Below are positions 52,692 to 53,894 of a stretch of DNA of 53,894 nt, one piece after another. Position numbers and translations under genes: made by a program. This DNA comes from an uncultured virus (IMG/VR IMGVR_UViG_3300028597_000008) (lineage: Duplodnaviria; Heunggongvirae; Uroviricota; Caudoviricetes), in the IMG/VR virus record IMGVR_UViG_3300028597_000008; one strand, given 5' to 3'. A model generated the notes under the pieces. It saw nothing but the letters and a program-made list of their open reading frames with translations, was not told the DNA's origin and ran no database searches. Each line of letters starts with the position of its first letter. Within the stretch, counting starts at the first letter, position 1.

Positions 52692-53758
52692 TGGGCGATA
52701 TTTTCATTTACTTGTTGGTCGCCCTGAGTCTGATGATCGCGTACTACTTCATTGATCGCAACGTGCTTTTTGCATTAGCGGTTGGTGCTGTTGGTTCGGT
52801 TGTCGGCGTCGGATATTATTTCGGCGCTATGACACTCGCGGCCACCAGCCTTGAAGTGTGGAATGGTCAAATCACCGATAAAGAGCGTGTATATGATCCA
52901 GAAACGGAAAGCTACGATTGCGGAAAAGACTCGCAAGGTAATACGCGAACCTGCACACGGACAATTCCGCGCTGGCGTTTCGATGTTGAGTCGAACGTCG
53001 ATTCCACGTACTACGAATACAGCTACAACAAACACGACGTACCGGAAATTTATGCGAATGCAAAAGTAGGCGCGCCGTTTGCTGCCACACATATGTTCAT
53101 GAATTACCAGTACGTCAGCGACCAGCAAATTCATGTGAACAAGCTGGACAACTACGATGGTTGGTTGCCCGAGTATCCAGAAATCTACAACGGTTTCCAA
53201 ATCAATCACGCGTTTTCCAACGTAGTGAACATGAACAACCTTGATGCGATGTTGTCATGGGCGCATAAATCGTGGGGGCCGAAATACGGCGTCAACGTTA
53301 TTGTTTGTGTAGTTAGCGATACCGCACGTGGATTCTCTGGCGCACTGCGTAACAAGTGGGTTGGTGGTAAGAAAAACGATGCGGTTGTCACCATCTACGT
53401 TGACGCGCAAGAAAATGTAAAGAATGTCGAAGTGTTCAGCCGTAGCACGCAAACCAAACGTAACGACATGCAGGCCGATTTCAATATCGCTTTGCGTGAA
53501 AGCGTTGCGAGTTTGAAGACCTACGATTTCGAAGGGATCGTCAACGCGATTGATAAAACGTTGCCGCTTTTCGAACGTGAAGACCTGAGCCAGTACGATT
53601 ACCTTTCCACGGATTACGAGGCGCCAGCATGGGTCAAAGCAATCGGTGTGGTTCTCGTGTTTGCAACGTGCTTCGGTTTTGCAACTTGGCTGGGCCGTCG
53701 CGGCGGCAATGCCTACCTGTTCACTCGACACAAACGCCATGGCCGGAGATTTTCCTAA
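52691..53758 (+). CDS. Conserved phage membrane protein (355 aa) with large extracytoplasmic domain
   Basis: Two N-terminal and one C-terminal hydrophobic segments; E.WNG.IT.K and W.GGKKND.V motifs. Confidence 0.8.
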   Translation: MGDIFIYLLVALSLMIAYYFIDRNVLFALAVGAVGSVVGVGYYFGAMTLAATSLEVWNGQITDKERVYDPETESYDCGKDSQGNTRTCTRTIPRWRFDVESNVDSTYYEYSYNKHDVPEIYANAKVGAPFAATHMFMNYQYVSDQQIHVNKLDNYDGWLPEYPEIYNGFQINHAFSNVVNMNNLDAMLSWAHKSWGPKYGVNVIVCVVSDTARGFSGALRNKWVGGKKNDAVVTIYVDAQENVKNVEVFSRSTQTKRNDMQADFNIALRESVASLKTYDFEGIVNAIDKTLPLFEREDLSQYDYLSTDYEAPAWVKAIGVVLVFATCFGFATWLGRRGGNAYLFTRHKRHGRRFS

Positions 53759-53759
53759 C

Positions 53760-53855
53760 GTGCGCAAACAAAAAGGTTTTACGTTAAACGAACTGCTGAT
53801 CGTGCTGGTATTTCTGTCACTGATCGCCTTTGGCATCAAACAATACATCCATTAA
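53760..53855 (+). CDS. 31-aa type IV prepilin-like peptide
   Basis: GGAG RBS, GTG start; MRKQKG|FTLNELLIVLVFLSLIAF matches the class III signal with Glu+5. Confidence 0.65.
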   Translation: MRKQKGFTLNELLIVLVFLSLIAFGIKQYIH

Positions 53856-53863
53856 GGAAAAAC

Positions 53864-53893
53864 ATGAAACATACACAACGTGGTTCCGCTACC
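53864..53893 (+). CDS. Start of next gene (3' truncated by window)
   Basis: TAAGGA RBS; MKHTQRGSAT. Confidence 0.6.
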   Translation, partial: MKHTQRGSAT

Positions 53894-53894
53894 C

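Noticed and set aside
1..53894. tRNA, rRNA, integrase, transposase or intron
   Set aside because: No cloverleaf-sized element or diagnostic motif seen; intergenic gaps are short and otherwise explained. Not confirmed by software.

Overview
This is a dense, entirely plus-strand segment of a large dsDNA bacteriophage genome (~115 mostly short genes, many with overlapping stop/start codons). No tRNA, rRNA, CRISPR array, integrase or core replication/capsid gene was recognised. A Pseudomonas-like host is inferred from an AlgR-like LytTR protein and AlgP-like KPAA repeats. Products recognisable by motif are DUF1353, a calcineurin-like phosphoesterase, a minimal protein-kinase-like fold, a DprA/SLOG-like protein, a VgrG3-C-like peptidoglycan hydrolase, LytTR, a pyrimidine-dimer glycosylase family protein, a KTSC/histone-like protein, two ACP-domain fusions, a GNAT, a 2OG-Fe(II) oxygenase and a 31-aa prepilin-like peptide. 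The strongest unexplained signals are non-coding. (1) Ten dispersed intergenic hairpins (16.8-36.8 kb) share the core TG-NNS-ATY-loop-RGT-SNN-C, with compensatory changes and an invariant U.G wobble. (2) Six sigma70-type promoters are each followed by the same ~55-nt leader. (3) A probable -1 ribosomal frameshift (A_AAA_AAG plus a 3' stem-loop at 1632-1685) joins two ORFs into a ~591-aa protein. (4) An over-represented ACTGTAAA motif may be a phage-specific promoter. All family assignments were made by eye from motifs, and start codons were adjusted by RBS/overlap logic; no database searches were run.
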